Assembly (NCBI GenBank): GCA_001783805.1
Contig: MFNS01000001.1
Location: 257,074-321,073, forward strand
Direction of reading: 5' to 3'
DNA length: 64,000 nt
Origin: Candidatus Levybacteria bacterium RIFCSPHIGHO2_01_FULL_40_16
GTDB taxonomy: Bacteria > Patescibacteriota > Microgenomatia > Levybacterales > UBA12049
The first letter of the stretch is position 1. Each line of letters begins with the position of its first letter. This document shows, piece by piece, positions 19,407 through 28,440 of this stretch. The position numbers and the translations under genes are program-made. The notes beneath the pieces are model-generated. The model worked only from the letters and a program-made list of their open reading frames with translations, did not search any database and was not told the origin of the DNA.

Positions 19407-19964
19407 TTATTTCCTGTAATTCCGTATGGTAACTGAGGTTTTAAATGTAATTGGCGGGTTGCTATTTTCCACAAGGCCATTCGAATTTTTAGGTCCAAGC
19501 GCAAAACTTATTCCAATTATCGGCACATCCGTAGCGTTAGCCTGAGTACAGGTAAAAGAGCAGTTTGTTAAGGAAATCGAAGTATCTATAAGAGGAACTC
19601 CATCTACCGATAATTCAGTACTATCACACTTGTAAGTAATTGGATTACGATCCAGAGGGGTTATTTTTATAAATTTCACAGGGGGAGGGGGGTCATAAAA
19701 ACAGCTTGCAACATACGTTCCATCTGCGCCCGTCTCGCTTAGCCCATTGAATACCTGCGCGTACATTATATCTTTGGACATTTGGTTGAGAACATAATTT
19801 CCGCTTTGTCTAATATTCTCAATCGTATTTGTTTTATTAGCGCCCCGCAAAGAAGAAGAAATTATGCCAGAGATAATTGAACCTATGGCAATCAAAACAA
19901 TAATTGATGCCAGTAATTCAACCAGCGTAAAACCTTTATCTAATTTTGAATTGATAGTCATGGC
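19407..19964 (-). CDS. prepilin-type minor pilin
   Basis: KGFTLVELLASIIVLIAI class III signal (G|FTxxE). The start was chosen at the Met that overlaps the upstream gene end; the ORF track extends to 20039. Confidence 0.55.
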   Translation of the reverse strand, partial: AMTINSKLDKGFTLVELLASIIVLIAIGSIISGIISSSLRGANKTNTIENIRQSGNYVLNQMSKDIMYAQVFNGLSETGADGTYVASCFYDPPPPVKFIKITPLDRNPITYKCDSTELSVDGVPLIDTSISLTNCSFTCTQANATDVPIIGISFALGPKNSNGLVENSNPPITFKTSVTIRNYRK

Positions 19965-20503
19965 ACTTGTTTCTGATCGGTATTCGAAAAGCAAGTAATA
20001 AGCGTTACGTTGTGGCAAAGAGGTGTACCTATCGGGCATTTATTATCAGCCCAAGAAACTCTTACCGTAACTCTGCTGCCTCGGTCAATAACTGCGCAGG
20101 TTTGAGTATTGTCTGGACAACAGTCCGATGATCCCTGATCAAATTTAACTTCTCGAGAAAAGATTCCTCCTACAGGTACAGGACTTTGTTCTTTGCAGTT
20201 TTTGTTTGGAAGAGCAAGTATTACCAACTCCATAGGATTCTGACCAAGACAATATGCGGTATTCGATGTATAGGAAGAAAGTGTAGTCCAGCTGGAGTCT
20301 TTTATTTGCCTAATCACTGCCATTCCTTCTTGCGCATAGGAATTTGCCAAACCTTGATTTTTTGCATACTGAGCGTTATTTAAGGATGTGATTATCCCCA
20401 ATATTATTGCGCTCAATACCAATACCGAAACGCCAAAAGCAAGTAAAATTTCCAAAATCGTCTGTCCCTCCTCACCCCGGAATAGATTTTTCTGTTTTTT
20501 CAT
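19958..20503 (-). CDS. prepilin-type minor pilin (PilV-like)
   Basis: GQTILEILLAFGVSVLVL with Glu at +5 after the Gly; four Cys in the C-terminal half. Confidence 0.5.
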   Translation of the reverse strand: MKKQKNLFRGEEGQTILEILLAFGVSVLVLSAIILGIITSLNNAQYAKNQGLANSYAQEGMAVIRQIKDSSWTTLSSYTSNTAYCLGQNPMELVILALPNKNCKEQSPVPVGGIFSREVKFDQGSSDCCPDNTQTCAVIDRGSRVTVRVSWADNKCPIGTPLCHNVTLITCFSNTDQKQVP

Positions 20504-20614
20504 ACCTTGATTAAATAATCACTACTCTAGGTGTTTATCTATGTTGGTCAGTAATCGCTTAGATCCGGATAGTTTCTGTTAAAGTAAAACTGCACTTAAC
20601 CCCATAAATAATTA

Positions 20615-21073
20615 TTACTCAACGACTATGGTTCCTGTTTGTTCCGGATGCAGATAATTATAGTATCCATAGGTACCAGCTCCATCAAAAATAACCGAGA
20701 CGCCGCTTCCGTCTGGAAATCTGCCCAAGTTTAAAGCGGGATATGCATCATGAGTACTGGGTGGATTGGAAACAATCGCAGCTTCCTGACCGCTTTGATT
20801 AACCCAATTAACCAAGGTGCCAACTTTTATTTTTATAACTGCGGGATTAAAACCCTGTTTACCAACGCTTATTTCTTGTTTATTGCTAAATTTTGGCGCA
20901 GGAGAGGATTTTGAGGTTACTTTTGTTTCGCTTGATGGGAAAACTACAGAAGTTTGGTTCCTTGAAGCCAGCTTTTTTTGTGAGAAAAGAAGATAACCAA
21001 TTATGGCCATTACTGCCAAAATGCAGAAAATCAAAATGTCAAAAATAAGCTTTCTTCTACCTGTATTTTCCAT
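20615..21073 (-). CDS. membrane-anchored cupredoxin-like domain protein (copper ligands apparently incomplete)
   Basis: N-terminal TM anchor, then IKVGTLVNWVNQSG...THDAYP...GTYGYYNYLHPEQTGTIVV, which resembles a plastocyanin fold but lacks the Cys ligand. Confidence 0.3.
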   Translation of the reverse strand: MENTGRRKLIFDILIFCILAVMAIIGYLLFSQKKLASRNQTSVVFPSSETKVTSKSSPAPKFSNKQEISVGKQGFNPAVIKIKVGTLVNWVNQSGQEAAIVSNPPSTHDAYPALNLGRFPDGSGVSVIFDGAGTYGYYNYLHPEQTGTIVVE

Positions 21074-21152
21074 TTATAAACTCTTTTTATTAGAGCACGC
21101 TTTTTTTCTCACGTCAAGACCCCGAAAGATTCTTCATACTTTGGCCAAACAA

Positions 21153-23141
21153 TTATGGCCTGTAGATGCTCACATGTGTTGCTTCGTTGCCGGCATCTGA
21201 TACCCAATAATAAACCGTATAGTGCATGAAGATAATCTGCGGGCACCCATTCACGAAATCGTTGATCAGATATTGATAATGATAGCTGGCTCCTGGCCCC
21301 AGTGTTAGCGGGAACGATGTTATCAGAAACGGATCATAAGTTATGCCGGAAGTTTCACTATGAGACTGCGACCAGAAGGTTATGGTATGGGTTGCCGATA
21401 CTGCATTATTGTTCTTTATGTCAACGTTATAATTAGGCGTCCAGTAGGCAGGCGCGCTTACACATACTTCTGCGCTGACTGTAGGATTACTAAACGCGAA
21501 TGGCGAGGAGGGTGCCGGTGTAGGAGTTGCTGTGGGAAGAGGAGTTGGGGTTGAGGTGGGAATAGACGTTGGCGTTGGGGTTGGATTCAATTTGATACCA
21601 AAGTTAACAGCGGCATTAGGACCAACCGAAGGAGTAAATGAAGTGGCAGTAGTAGCGGAATATCCGCTTGGCACACTTAATGAGACAGTGTAACTTCCCG
21701 AAACCGCATTCCAAACGTACTGACCGGAGGAATTGGTAGTTGCGGAAGAGGGCGTTCCGGGAGCAGAGATTGAAACAGTTGCTCCTCCTGAATAGCCCAA
21801 TTCTCCTCCGTCCTGTATCGCATTTCCATTTGAGTCTACAAATACGGTAGTTGTAATGGCGTATACGGGAACGCCGTTATAAAGGCTGGCTATTTCTGCT
21901 GACGACAACGCCCGGTTGTAAATGCGCACATCATCAATTTTTCCATTTATTGAATTGCCTCCGCCCGTATACGAGTCGCTGAAAGATCCTAGGAAAAATT
22001 TTGTCGCCGCAGTGCTTAAATTGCCGCTCTGATTATCTAAATCTTCCTGTATTCCATCCACATAAATTATTTGACTGGTTCCGTTATACGTAGCGGCAAA
22101 CTGATGAAACGCTCCGTCAGACCATTTTCCCGACGTTGTTAAACTACTAATTACCGCTGACGTTGTTCTACTTCTGTACTGAATGTTACCGCCTCCTACA
22201 TTCATATCCATGCTTATTGAACCTGCGCCATCCGATAATGGAAAACCAAAGACAACCCCTGAATCATTCGCATTTATTTGTATCCACATCATCACAGTCC
22301 AGGCATTTGTAAGTCCCAAATTATACGGAATCTGTATGTAATTACTGTCATTAAAACTGTATGCTTGTCCGATTTGACCAGCGACCAAGCTGGGAAGAGG
22401 ACTTCCGCCAAGAGTACCATTATTTCCATTAAAAGAATCATTAGCGTTGCCGTCGAATTTCCACCAGCCCACCAGACCGGGTATTGGGGTTGGGGTGGGG
22501 GTTGCGGTGGGAATAGGCGTTGGGGTTGGGGTAAGAATAGGCGTTGGCGTTGGGGTGGGAGCAGATGTTGGAGTCGAAAAGGGAGTAACGGTAGGACTAG
22601 GTATTGAAGTCGGAAGCGGAGTTGCGGTAGGAATTGTGGTAGGAATAGGCGTTGGCAACGACAATTGCACGTTAACTCTTCCCAGAGAATCAATTACAAT
22701 AAATCTTTGTTGACCATATCCGGAAAGCACAATGATATTGTCGGAACCCTGAGTTCCACCGGTTATTGTGGGAAAAAAAATAGTTTTACCAACACTGCCG
22801 GCATCAAAACTTACACCTCTCGGAAGAGTTTTTGTCGAAAGCGGCGGACCATTGATTCCGGAACCGGAACAACGACTCACTAAAGTATAGCTCGTATTCG
22901 AAACAATATTTACACCATATCCATCTAATGGATTGCATGCTCCGGAAGGCTTTATCTGCGATTGCGCGCGCGACTTGGCCAGATTCAACATCGTAACCAC
23001 CTCGTTGGTGGAAGTTTGCAGGACTTGAACTTGATTGTAATTTGCGAATCCTCCAATGCCCAATGTTCCCAAAACAGCTGTGATGCCTACTACAACCATT
23101 AGCTCAATGAGAGTAAAACCTTTTTGGAAAAATTTTTTCAT
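21153..23141 (-). CDS. large multidomain pseudopilin/adhesin-like protein (GspH/FimT-like pilin N-terminus, LamG lectin-like, CnaB/SdrD-like and novel C-terminal domains)
   Basis: [14 protein letters not shown] prepilin signal. Two TPTPTP linkers. A LamG-type block ([11 protein letters not shown]...[20 protein letters not shown]). A CnaB-like block ([30 protein letters not shown]). A C-terminal module shared with the 24697-26037 protein. Confidence 0.65.
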   Translation of the reverse strand: MKKFFQKGFTLIELMVVVGITAVLGTLGIGGFANYNQVQVLQTSTNEVVTMLNLAKSRAQSQIKPSGACNPLDGYGVNIVSNTSYTLVSRCSGSGINGPPLSTKTLPRGVSFDAGSVGKTIFFPTITGGTQGSDNIIVLSGYGQQRFIVIDSLGRVNVQLSLPTPIPTTIPTATPLPTSIPSPTVTPFSTPTSAPTPTPTPILTPTPTPIPTATPTPTPIPGLVGWWKFDGNANDSFNGNNGTLGGSPLPSLVAGQIGQAYSFNDSNYIQIPYNLGLTNAWTVMMWIQINANDSGVVFGFPLSDGAGSISMDMNVGGGNIQYRSRTTSAVISSLTTSGKWSDGAFHQFAATYNGTSQIIYVDGIQEDLDNQSGNLSTAATKFFLGSFSDSYTGGGNSINGKIDDVRIYNRALSSAEIASLYNGVPVYAITTTVFVDSNGNAIQDGGELGYSGGATVSISAPGTPSSATTNSSGQYVWNAVSGSYTVSLSVPSGYSATTATSFTPSVGPNAAVNFGIKLNPTPTPTSIPTSTPTPLPTATPTPAPSSPFAFSNPTVSAEVCVSAPAYWTPNYNVDIKNNNAVSATHTITFWSQSHSETSGITYDPFLITSFPLTLGPGASYHYQYLINDFVNGCPQIIFMHYTVYYWVSDAGNEATHVSIYRP

Positions 23142-23620
23142 TTTAATACATTAGCTACAATAGTTTTTGTTTTTCCTCCGGAGGAGATAACAATTTGGCC
23201 CGGCGTATCCACTCCGCCCTTTTGTACCGGGAAGAAAAAAGAGGTGGGGAAAGTATCCGGACTTTTAAAACTTACATTTTGAGGAAGAGTTTTTGTTTGA
23301 AGATTGCTGGTAATTCCCGAGCAACGGCTGCTTAGCGTATAAGTCCGATTAATAATTGATATATCCACTTGGTATCCTTCCAGAATTTGCGAAGACGCGC
23401 TGCAGGATGTACCCATTTTCACCTGCGATTGCGCGCGCGACTTGGCCAGATTCAACATCGTAGTTACCTCGTTAGAGGAGTTCTGAAGAATCTGAGATTG
23501 ATTATAATTTGCAAATCCCGTAATACCCAATGCCCCCAAAGCAGCCATAATACTTATCGCAACCATTAGTTCAATTAGGGTAAATCCTCTCCGTTGCTTC
23601 GATTTGAAATTTATTTTCAT
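23138..23620 (-). CDS. GspH/FimT-like minor pseudopilin
   Basis: [57 protein letters not shown] is paralogous to the N-terminus of the 662-aa protein. Confidence 0.55.
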   Translation of the reverse strand: MKINFKSKQRRGFTLIELMVAISIMAALGALGITGFANYNQSQILQNSSNEVTTMLNLAKSRAQSQVKMGTSCSASSQILEGYQVDISIINRTYTLSSRCSGITSNLQTKTLPQNVSFKSPDTFPTSFFFPVQKGGVDTPGQIVISSGGKTKTIVANVLK

Positions 23621-24162
23621 GGATTTTGAAGAGTATATTGCCAAAGAGTAGTGCTGCCAGAACAGTTTGCCTTGGGAACGTCCAATTGGGAATCATTTTC
23701 ATTCTCAAGGCAGGCAACCAGAGAATAGGTTGTGCCCGCAGAAGAAGAATAGGTGTAGGGTGTCGCAGAAGACGGATCGCAAGGGATTTTTGTCATATAA
23801 ACGGTCCCTGAAGGAGGACTGACAACCCCTTCTGAAGTCAAAGCATATCCGCAGGTTAAAGAGATACCGGTCGGATAATTACTCTGGTCTGACCTATAGA
23901 GTTCCAGAGCTGATTGGATTTGGCGAAGATCGGATTTGCGTACTCCGTCCCGGGCTCTTTGCCTTACTCCGACAAAATTTGCCAATAGGAAACTCGATAA
24001 AATACCAATAATTGCTATTGTCACTAACAACTCAATTAGGGTAAACCCAGCACCACTTCCGATTAAGTAAATTTTTTCTTTAAGTTTTTTTAATTCACAA
24101 AAGTGGTGCTGGGTAAACCCCTTTTTGTAAATTGTTAATTGTAAATTGTTAATTGTTTTCAT
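23617..24162 (-). CDS. GspG-like pseudopilin with a 24-codon insertion in the leader
   Basis: Start is coupled to the upstream stop by an ATGA overlap. Leader reads MKTINNLQLTIYKKGFT-QHHFCELKKLKEKIYLIGSGAG-FTLIELLVTIAIIG. Mature part has a GspG-like RKSDLRQIQSALELY motif. Confidence 0.6.
   Translation of the reverse strand: MKTINNLQLTIYKKGFTQHHFCELKKLKEKIYLIGSGAGFTLIELLVTIAIIGILSSFLLANFVGVRQRARDGVRKSDLRQIQSALELYRSDQSNYPTGISLTCGYALTSEGVVSPPSGTVYMTKIPCDPSSATPYTYSSSAGTTYSLVACLENENDSQLDVPKANCSGSTTLWQYTLQNP
24049..24110. mobile_element. 62-bp MITE-like palindromic element (10-bp TIRs AGCACCACTT/AAGTGGTGCT) flanked by a 10-bp direct duplication GGGTAAACCC (24039-24048 and 24111-24120)
   Basis: Read directly from the sequence. 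It is inserted in-frame in the prepilin G-F-T codons. A second copy lies at 28306-28367. Confidence 0.6.
24128..24155. repeat. perfect 14-nt tandem duplication (TAAATTGTTAATTG x2) in the first codons of the 23617-24162 pilin gene
   Basis: Read directly from the sequence. Confidence 0.6.
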
Positions 24163-24647
24163 GGACTCACATTCGGACTCGAAACCCCATAATTACAAAT
24201 GATGCTTCCGCTTGCACAAGCATTTGTCGGTATACCATTTGTTCCCAGGCTCGTACAAGCATTGCCCAGGTTGCACGCCTGCGGATCATTTCCACCCCTT
24301 TCCAGACTAGCATAAAGATAATAAGTTTGTCCATCGGAAGAAGAATAATACACATAATTTCTTGATGGAGATGCCGGATCTTTTGGCAAAGTACCCATGT
24401 AAGGCATCCAGGAAAGTCCCCATCCGATACCGGCAATTATGTAGCCGCTTGAATCAGGAAACTTTCCATAATCCTGATAATATGTCTCAAAAGCTCTCTG
24501 AATTTGAGCAAGATCAGATTTTCTTCTGGAATCGTTCGCTTTCTGAAATTGAGTCAGAGGATTTATGATGCTTATTATTGCCACTGCCAAAATTCCAATT
24601 ACGGCAATCACGATCAAAAGCTCTATCAAGGTAAACCCACGTCGCAT
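24159..24647 (-). CDS. type IV pilin (PilA/GspG-like)
   Basis: [24 protein letters not shown] with a short canonical leader, KSDLAQIQRAFETYY, and a Cys pair near the C-terminus. Confidence 0.7.
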   Translation of the reverse strand: MRRGFTLIELLIVIAVIGILAVAIISIINPLTQFQKANDSRRKSDLAQIQRAFETYYQDYGKFPDSSGYIIAGIGWGLSWMPYMGTLPKDPASPSRNYVYYSSSDGQTYYLYASLERGGNDPQACNLGNACTSLGTNGIPTNACASGSIICNYGVSSPNVSP

Positions 24648-24696
24648 ATACTCATGATAGCACAGTCAAATGTTCTGTCAAATAAATCCGAAGAAT

Positions 24697-26037
24697 TCAC
24701 GAGCCAGATCTGTAGAGTTCTGCTTTTGTTGAGTTGTTAGCGGCATCTGACACCCAATAGTAATACGTAGTGCTCAAGAATATAAGCGGATTGCAGTCAG
24801 TCATGATATTTACGAGCCAGTTATAATGATAACTCTCTCCGGGCCCCAGTGTCAGTGAGAACGACGTTATTGTATACGGAGAACTCATCGGTTGCCCGTC
24901 GCGCTGCCATTGCTGCCAGAAGGTTATGGTATGGGTTGCCGATACCGCATTGTTGTTCGTTATGTCAACGTTATAATTAGGCGTCCAGTAAATAGGGCCA
25001 TTTACGCATGACTGGGGACTGACCGTGGAATTGCTAAATGCGAATGGCGAGGTTGGAGTAGGGGTTGGGGTCGGCGTATTAGTTGGAATTGGCGTTGCAG
25101 TTGGAGTAGGTGTTGGCACAACAACCGTAATATCGGTATCCGTAGCTCCTGTAGATGGGCAAGTTCTTCCATCATTTAAATCCGCTGTCCCCCAGACGGC
25201 TGTCAGACCGGTTGCGACAGCAGTTGCCGTGGTCGAGTAAGGCGAGCTTGAATCGAAAGTGGGATTAACAGTAGCTATAGCAGTATTGTAAGAACCGAAA
25301 CGCATTTGATTTACTGTTGCCACTCCCAATCCCGAAGTAACACTAGCGGTGACCGTACTTGTTCCTCCGATAACCAAGGTTTGCGACGCGGGCGCAGTTG
25401 TGACTTGACAGGGCACTGGAGTTGGAGTGGGCGTTGAAGTAGGAACAAGAGTTGGGGTTGGTGTTGTAGGGGCAGGGGTTAATGTAGGAATTCCCGTAGG
25501 GGTAGGGGCGCCAAATGCGACAACCGAAGTATTGGTAGAAGTTATCGAATAGTTGTAACTATTACTCTTGCAAATTATATTAGGAATAGCCTGCGGGTCG
25601 GAATTTCTCTCAAGCTTGGCACTAAGTCTGAACGAGCTGCCGTCGCTTTCATAACAATAACTCTGTGCAACAAGCGGATCTTTGGGAAGTTTGGGCATAT
25701 AAACTCCTTCAATTTGCGTTAGATCGGCAGGGTAGCTATTGTTATCGTTATAATATGTGTCCAGGGCAGTTGCTATTTGCGAGAGGTTGTCTTTTCTTTG
25801 AGCATCATGGCTTTTCGCAAACTGCTCTATCGGATTTAAAACAAAAGCCAGCGAAGACGCCAAAACTCCAATTATGGCACCTGCAACCAAAAATTCAATT
25901 AGTGTAAAACCCGAAGGAAATTTTGAACGATAAAATTTCCGAAAAAAATTGACAATAAAGTTCCTGTGGCTAAAAAAGGTCCGAAGGGGATTACTGTTCC
26001 GAATGTCTCTCTCCTCTTCCATATAATTAGTATGCAT
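24697..26037 (-). CDS. large pilin-like protein with Pro/Thr-rich linkers and conserved C-terminal module; start uncertain because the leader overlaps pilD
   Basis: SGFTLIEFLVAGAIIGVLASS prepilin motif begins at about 25911. The 42 codons upstream lie inside the 3' end of pilD in another frame. The C-terminal 115 aa are about 50% identical to the C-terminus of the 21153-23141 protein. Confidence 0.6.
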   Translation of the reverse strand: MHTNYMEEERDIRNSNPLRTFFSHRNFIVNFFRKFYRSKFPSGFTLIEFLVAGAIIGVLASSLAFVLNPIEQFAKSHDAQRKDNLSQIATALDTYYNDNNSYPADLTQIEGVYMPKLPKDPLVAQSYCYESDGSSFRLSAKLERNSDPQAIPNIICKSNSYNYSITSTNTSVVAFGAPTPTGIPTLTPAPTTPTPTLVPTSTPTPTPVPCQVTTAPASQTLVIGGTSTVTASVTSGLGVATVNQMRFGSYNTAIATVNPTFDSSSPYSTTATAVATGLTAVWGTADLNDGRTCPSTGATDTDITVVVPTPTPTATPIPTNTPTPTPTPTSPFAFSNSTVSPQSCVNGPIYWTPNYNVDITNNNAVSATHTITFWQQWQRDGQPMSSPYTITSFSLTLGPGESYHYNWLVNIMTDCNPLIFLSTTYYYWVSDAANNSTKAELYRSGS

Positions 26038-26681
26038 CCCACAATTGCGCCTGTCAAGAATGCGATGTATAAGGCAACCACGATGTTCGGAAAACCCAAA
26101 ATTAGCCCCATTAGAAATGCGAATTTTACATCCCCAAATCCCATGCCTTTTCCCCTAGTCACAATGAGCAATGCTAGGAAAAACAAACCTGCCCCAAGGG
26201 CTGAGAGGAGATGGGGGGGTATTAAGTAGTAAGTATTAAGTATTAAGTATAGAAAAGAAATTATTATTGCAGGAAACACAATTTTGTCCGGAATAATACC
26301 ATATTTAAGGTCCGCAAAAAAAACCACAATCAAAGAGGAAGCAATAAATAAATAATATATAAGATTTATAATGTTTATAGTCGATATAAAATTTATATAT
26401 GCTCCTCCGATAAAAATAAAAACCCCGGCAAACAAAATCCCCGTTGTTAATTCAACAATCGGATAATAAAACGAAAGGGAAGTCCTACAGTAACGACATT
26501 TACCCTTGAGAAAAATAAAAGACAATAGGGGAATCAGATCAAACCAAGCCAATTCTTTTTTGCATTTCTCACAATGTGATCTTCCCTTAATCGCAGATTC
26601 TTCTTTTGGCAACCTGTCCGCCAAAACATTCAAAAAAGACCCAACAAAAAGCCCGAGAATAAAAATTAGCAATAAAACCAT
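25899..26681 (-). CDS. pilD: prepilin peptidase (A24 family)
   Basis: N-terminal CxxC...CxxC zinc-binding box, a polytopic membrane protein, and a GMGFGDVKF motif. Confidence 0.85.
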   Translation of the reverse strand: MVLLLIFILGLFVGSFLNVLADRLPKEESAIKGRSHCEKCKKELAWFDLIPLLSFIFLKGKCRYCRTSLSFYYPIVELTTGILFAGVFIFIGGAYINFISTINIINLIYYLFIASSLIVVFFADLKYGIIPDKIVFPAIIISFLYLILNTYYLIPPHLLSALGAGLFFLALLIVTRGKGMGFGDVKFAFLMGLILGFPNIVVALYIAFLTGAIVGCILIIWKRRETFGTVIPFGPFLATGTLLSIFFGNFIVQNFLRVLH

Positions 26682-26707
26682 GCATTATAAATATACCACA
26701 AAGTATA

Positions 26708-27532
26708 TTATTTAAACGCCAATAGGTGTTTTATTAAGCCTTGGGCGTAGAGCTGTTGGATCTGGGAAAAAGTAAGAGCTTGCTTGTAAATGCGCACATC
26801 ATCAATCAGTCCATTAGCGTAATAACCTGAAAAAAATCCGATGTAAAGAGGTCCTGTTTTTGAATTTGGTAAACCTGTTTTCGCTATTGTATCAGCTATT
26901 TGTATCCTGCCATCAGCATACATTTTAGCATTATCTATATCATTTTGGCCATTTCCAGTAACTATAAACACAAGGTGATGCCAATTTCCGTCGGCTATAT
27001 TTACAGGATTGTGAAAAAAATATTTAAAGTTACCGGCTCCAAGATAGATTAAAGATCGTCCGGCTGTCCAAACTGGTAAAATAGCAGGAAGACCAGATGC
27101 TGAAAATGAAACTAATGGCCAATAAATTCCTGATTGCCACTTTATCCAAGCTTCAACGGTAAATACGTCCGGCTTTAAACTCGTCCTATTTCCCGCGTCA
27201 ATATACGCCGTTCCGTTAAAGTTACTTGCTTTATTTCTATTCCTCCTGTCTAATGCCGGGGTTACGTTAATCCCCATACCATTATTACCATTTCCTGAAG
27301 TATCTTTAAAAGTGCCATCATCAAATGTCCATTCTCCCACAAGATCAATAGCAAGATTGTTTTGTATTCCTGCCGAGAACGTCTCCGCCTTAGCAATATT
27401 GGCGGAATTAATCTTTCCTGCGGGATCTATGGCTACAAGCACTCCTGTTCCCAAAACTCCCACCACCGCTATCACTATGAGAAGTTCTATCAAGGTAAAG
27501 CCTTTCTTAAATTGTGCTTTCAATATCTTCAT
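26708..27532 (-). CDS. pilin-LamG (concanavalin A-like lectin) fusion protein, paralog 1
   Basis: [44 protein letters not shown], then a LamG-like domain ending in IDDVRIYKQALTFSQIQQLYAQGLIKHLLAFK. Confidence 0.7.
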   Translation of the reverse strand: MKILKAQFKKGFTLIELLIVIAVVGVLGTGVLVAIDPAGKINSANIAKAETFSAGIQNNLAIDLVGEWTFDDGTFKDTSGNGNNGMGINVTPALDRRNRNKASNFNGTAYIDAGNRTSLKPDVFTVEAWIKWQSGIYWPLVSFSASGLPAILPVWTAGRSLIYLGAGNFKYFFHNPVNIADGNWHHLVFIVTGNGQNDIDNAKMYADGRIQIADTIAKTGLPNSKTGPLYIGFFSGYYANGLIDDVRIYKQALTFSQIQQLYAQGLIKHLLAFK

Positions 27533-27558
27533 AATTTAATTAGATGTATTCCCTGGTA

Positions 27559-28398
27559 TTATTTAAACGCCAATAGGTGTTTTACTAAGCCTTGGGCATA
27601 GAGCTGTTGGATCTGGGAGAAAGTAAGAGCTTGTTTGTAAATCCGTACATCGTCGATAATCCCCTTAAATGAGGAGGTTCCACCGGAACTAATGCTGGAC
27701 ACGCCCGCAATGATATGCGATCCTGCTTGTTGAGTTACACTGTATCTCACTCCATTAACATAAAGTTTTGCCGTATTGGTGTCGGCATTATCGGTATAGG
27801 TTAAAACTAAGAAATACCAGGTATTTATGGAAGGATTCCAATTGATGTAATCGTTAGTGCTGCCAAAGTACAAGAAATTATTAGCGTAATGCTGATAAAA
27901 ATTATTGAACAAATGATTATGATTTCCCTTGTCTGATGCTGATTGATCCCAATAAAACCATCCTGTCTGAGTTTTTACTACGCCTGTCGCGGAAAAGTTT
28001 ATGTAAGCATCTGAACCATCAAAACTATATGCCTTGTTGGCTCTACCCCTTCTATCTGCTGTTAATGTAGCTCCTATTACCGTACCGTTATTCCTATATC
28101 CTGAGGTATCATTTGCATTGCCATCAAATGTCCATTCTCCGACCAGATCAATAGCGAGATTGTTGTTTATACTTGCTGCATATGTTTCCATATTAGCAAG
28201 CTTGGCGGAATTAATCTTTCCTGCCGGATCTATAGCTACAAGCACTCCAGTTCCTAAAACCCCCACTACCGCTATGACTATGAGAAGTTCGATAAGGGTA
28301 AACCCAGCACCACTTATAAAAACCTCCATTTGTTTTTTAAGTTCTTTTAATTCACGCAAGTGGTGCTGGGTAAACCCCCTTGACCAATGTTTTTCCAT
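27559..28398 (-). CDS. pilin-LamG fusion protein, paralog 2, with a 24-codon leader insertion
   Basis: MEKHWSRGFT-QHHLRELKELKKQMEVFISGAG-FTLIELLIVIAVVGVLGTGV... followed by the same conserved C-terminus. Confidence 0.7.
   Translation of the reverse strand: MEKHWSRGFTQHHLRELKELKKQMEVFISGAGFTLIELLIVIAVVGVLGTGVLVAIDPAGKINSAKLANMETYAASINNNLAIDLVGEWTFDGNANDTSGYRNNGTVIGATLTADRRGRANKAYSFDGSDAYINFSATGVVKTQTGWFYWDQSASDKGNHNHLFNNFYQHYANNFLYFGSTNDYINWNPSINTWYFLVLTYTDNADTNTAKLYVNGVRYSVTQQAGSHIIAGVSSISSGGTSSFKGIIDDVRIYKQALTFSQIQQLYAQGLVKHLLAFK
28306..28367. mobile_element. second copy of the 62-bp MITE-like element (same TIRs), with GGGTAAACCC duplications at 28296-28305 and 28368-28377
   Basis: The arms are identical to the copy at 24049-24110 and the internal 42 nt are similar (shared TTTTTTAAGTTCTTTTAATTCAC core). 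Confidence 0.6.
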
Positions 28399-28440
28399 AA
28401 ATTATCTCCTATGAAAATCATATACCAACATAAAGCATTA

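Noticed and set aside
22278-22713. Plus-strand ORFs encoding Gly/Val- or Arg/Trp-rich repeats ([12 protein letters not shown]...; the same pattern at 25025-25240).
   Set aside because: They are the antisense and frameshifted readings of the Pro/Thr-rich linker repeats (ggggttggggtt...) of the large minus-strand pilin genes, not genes.
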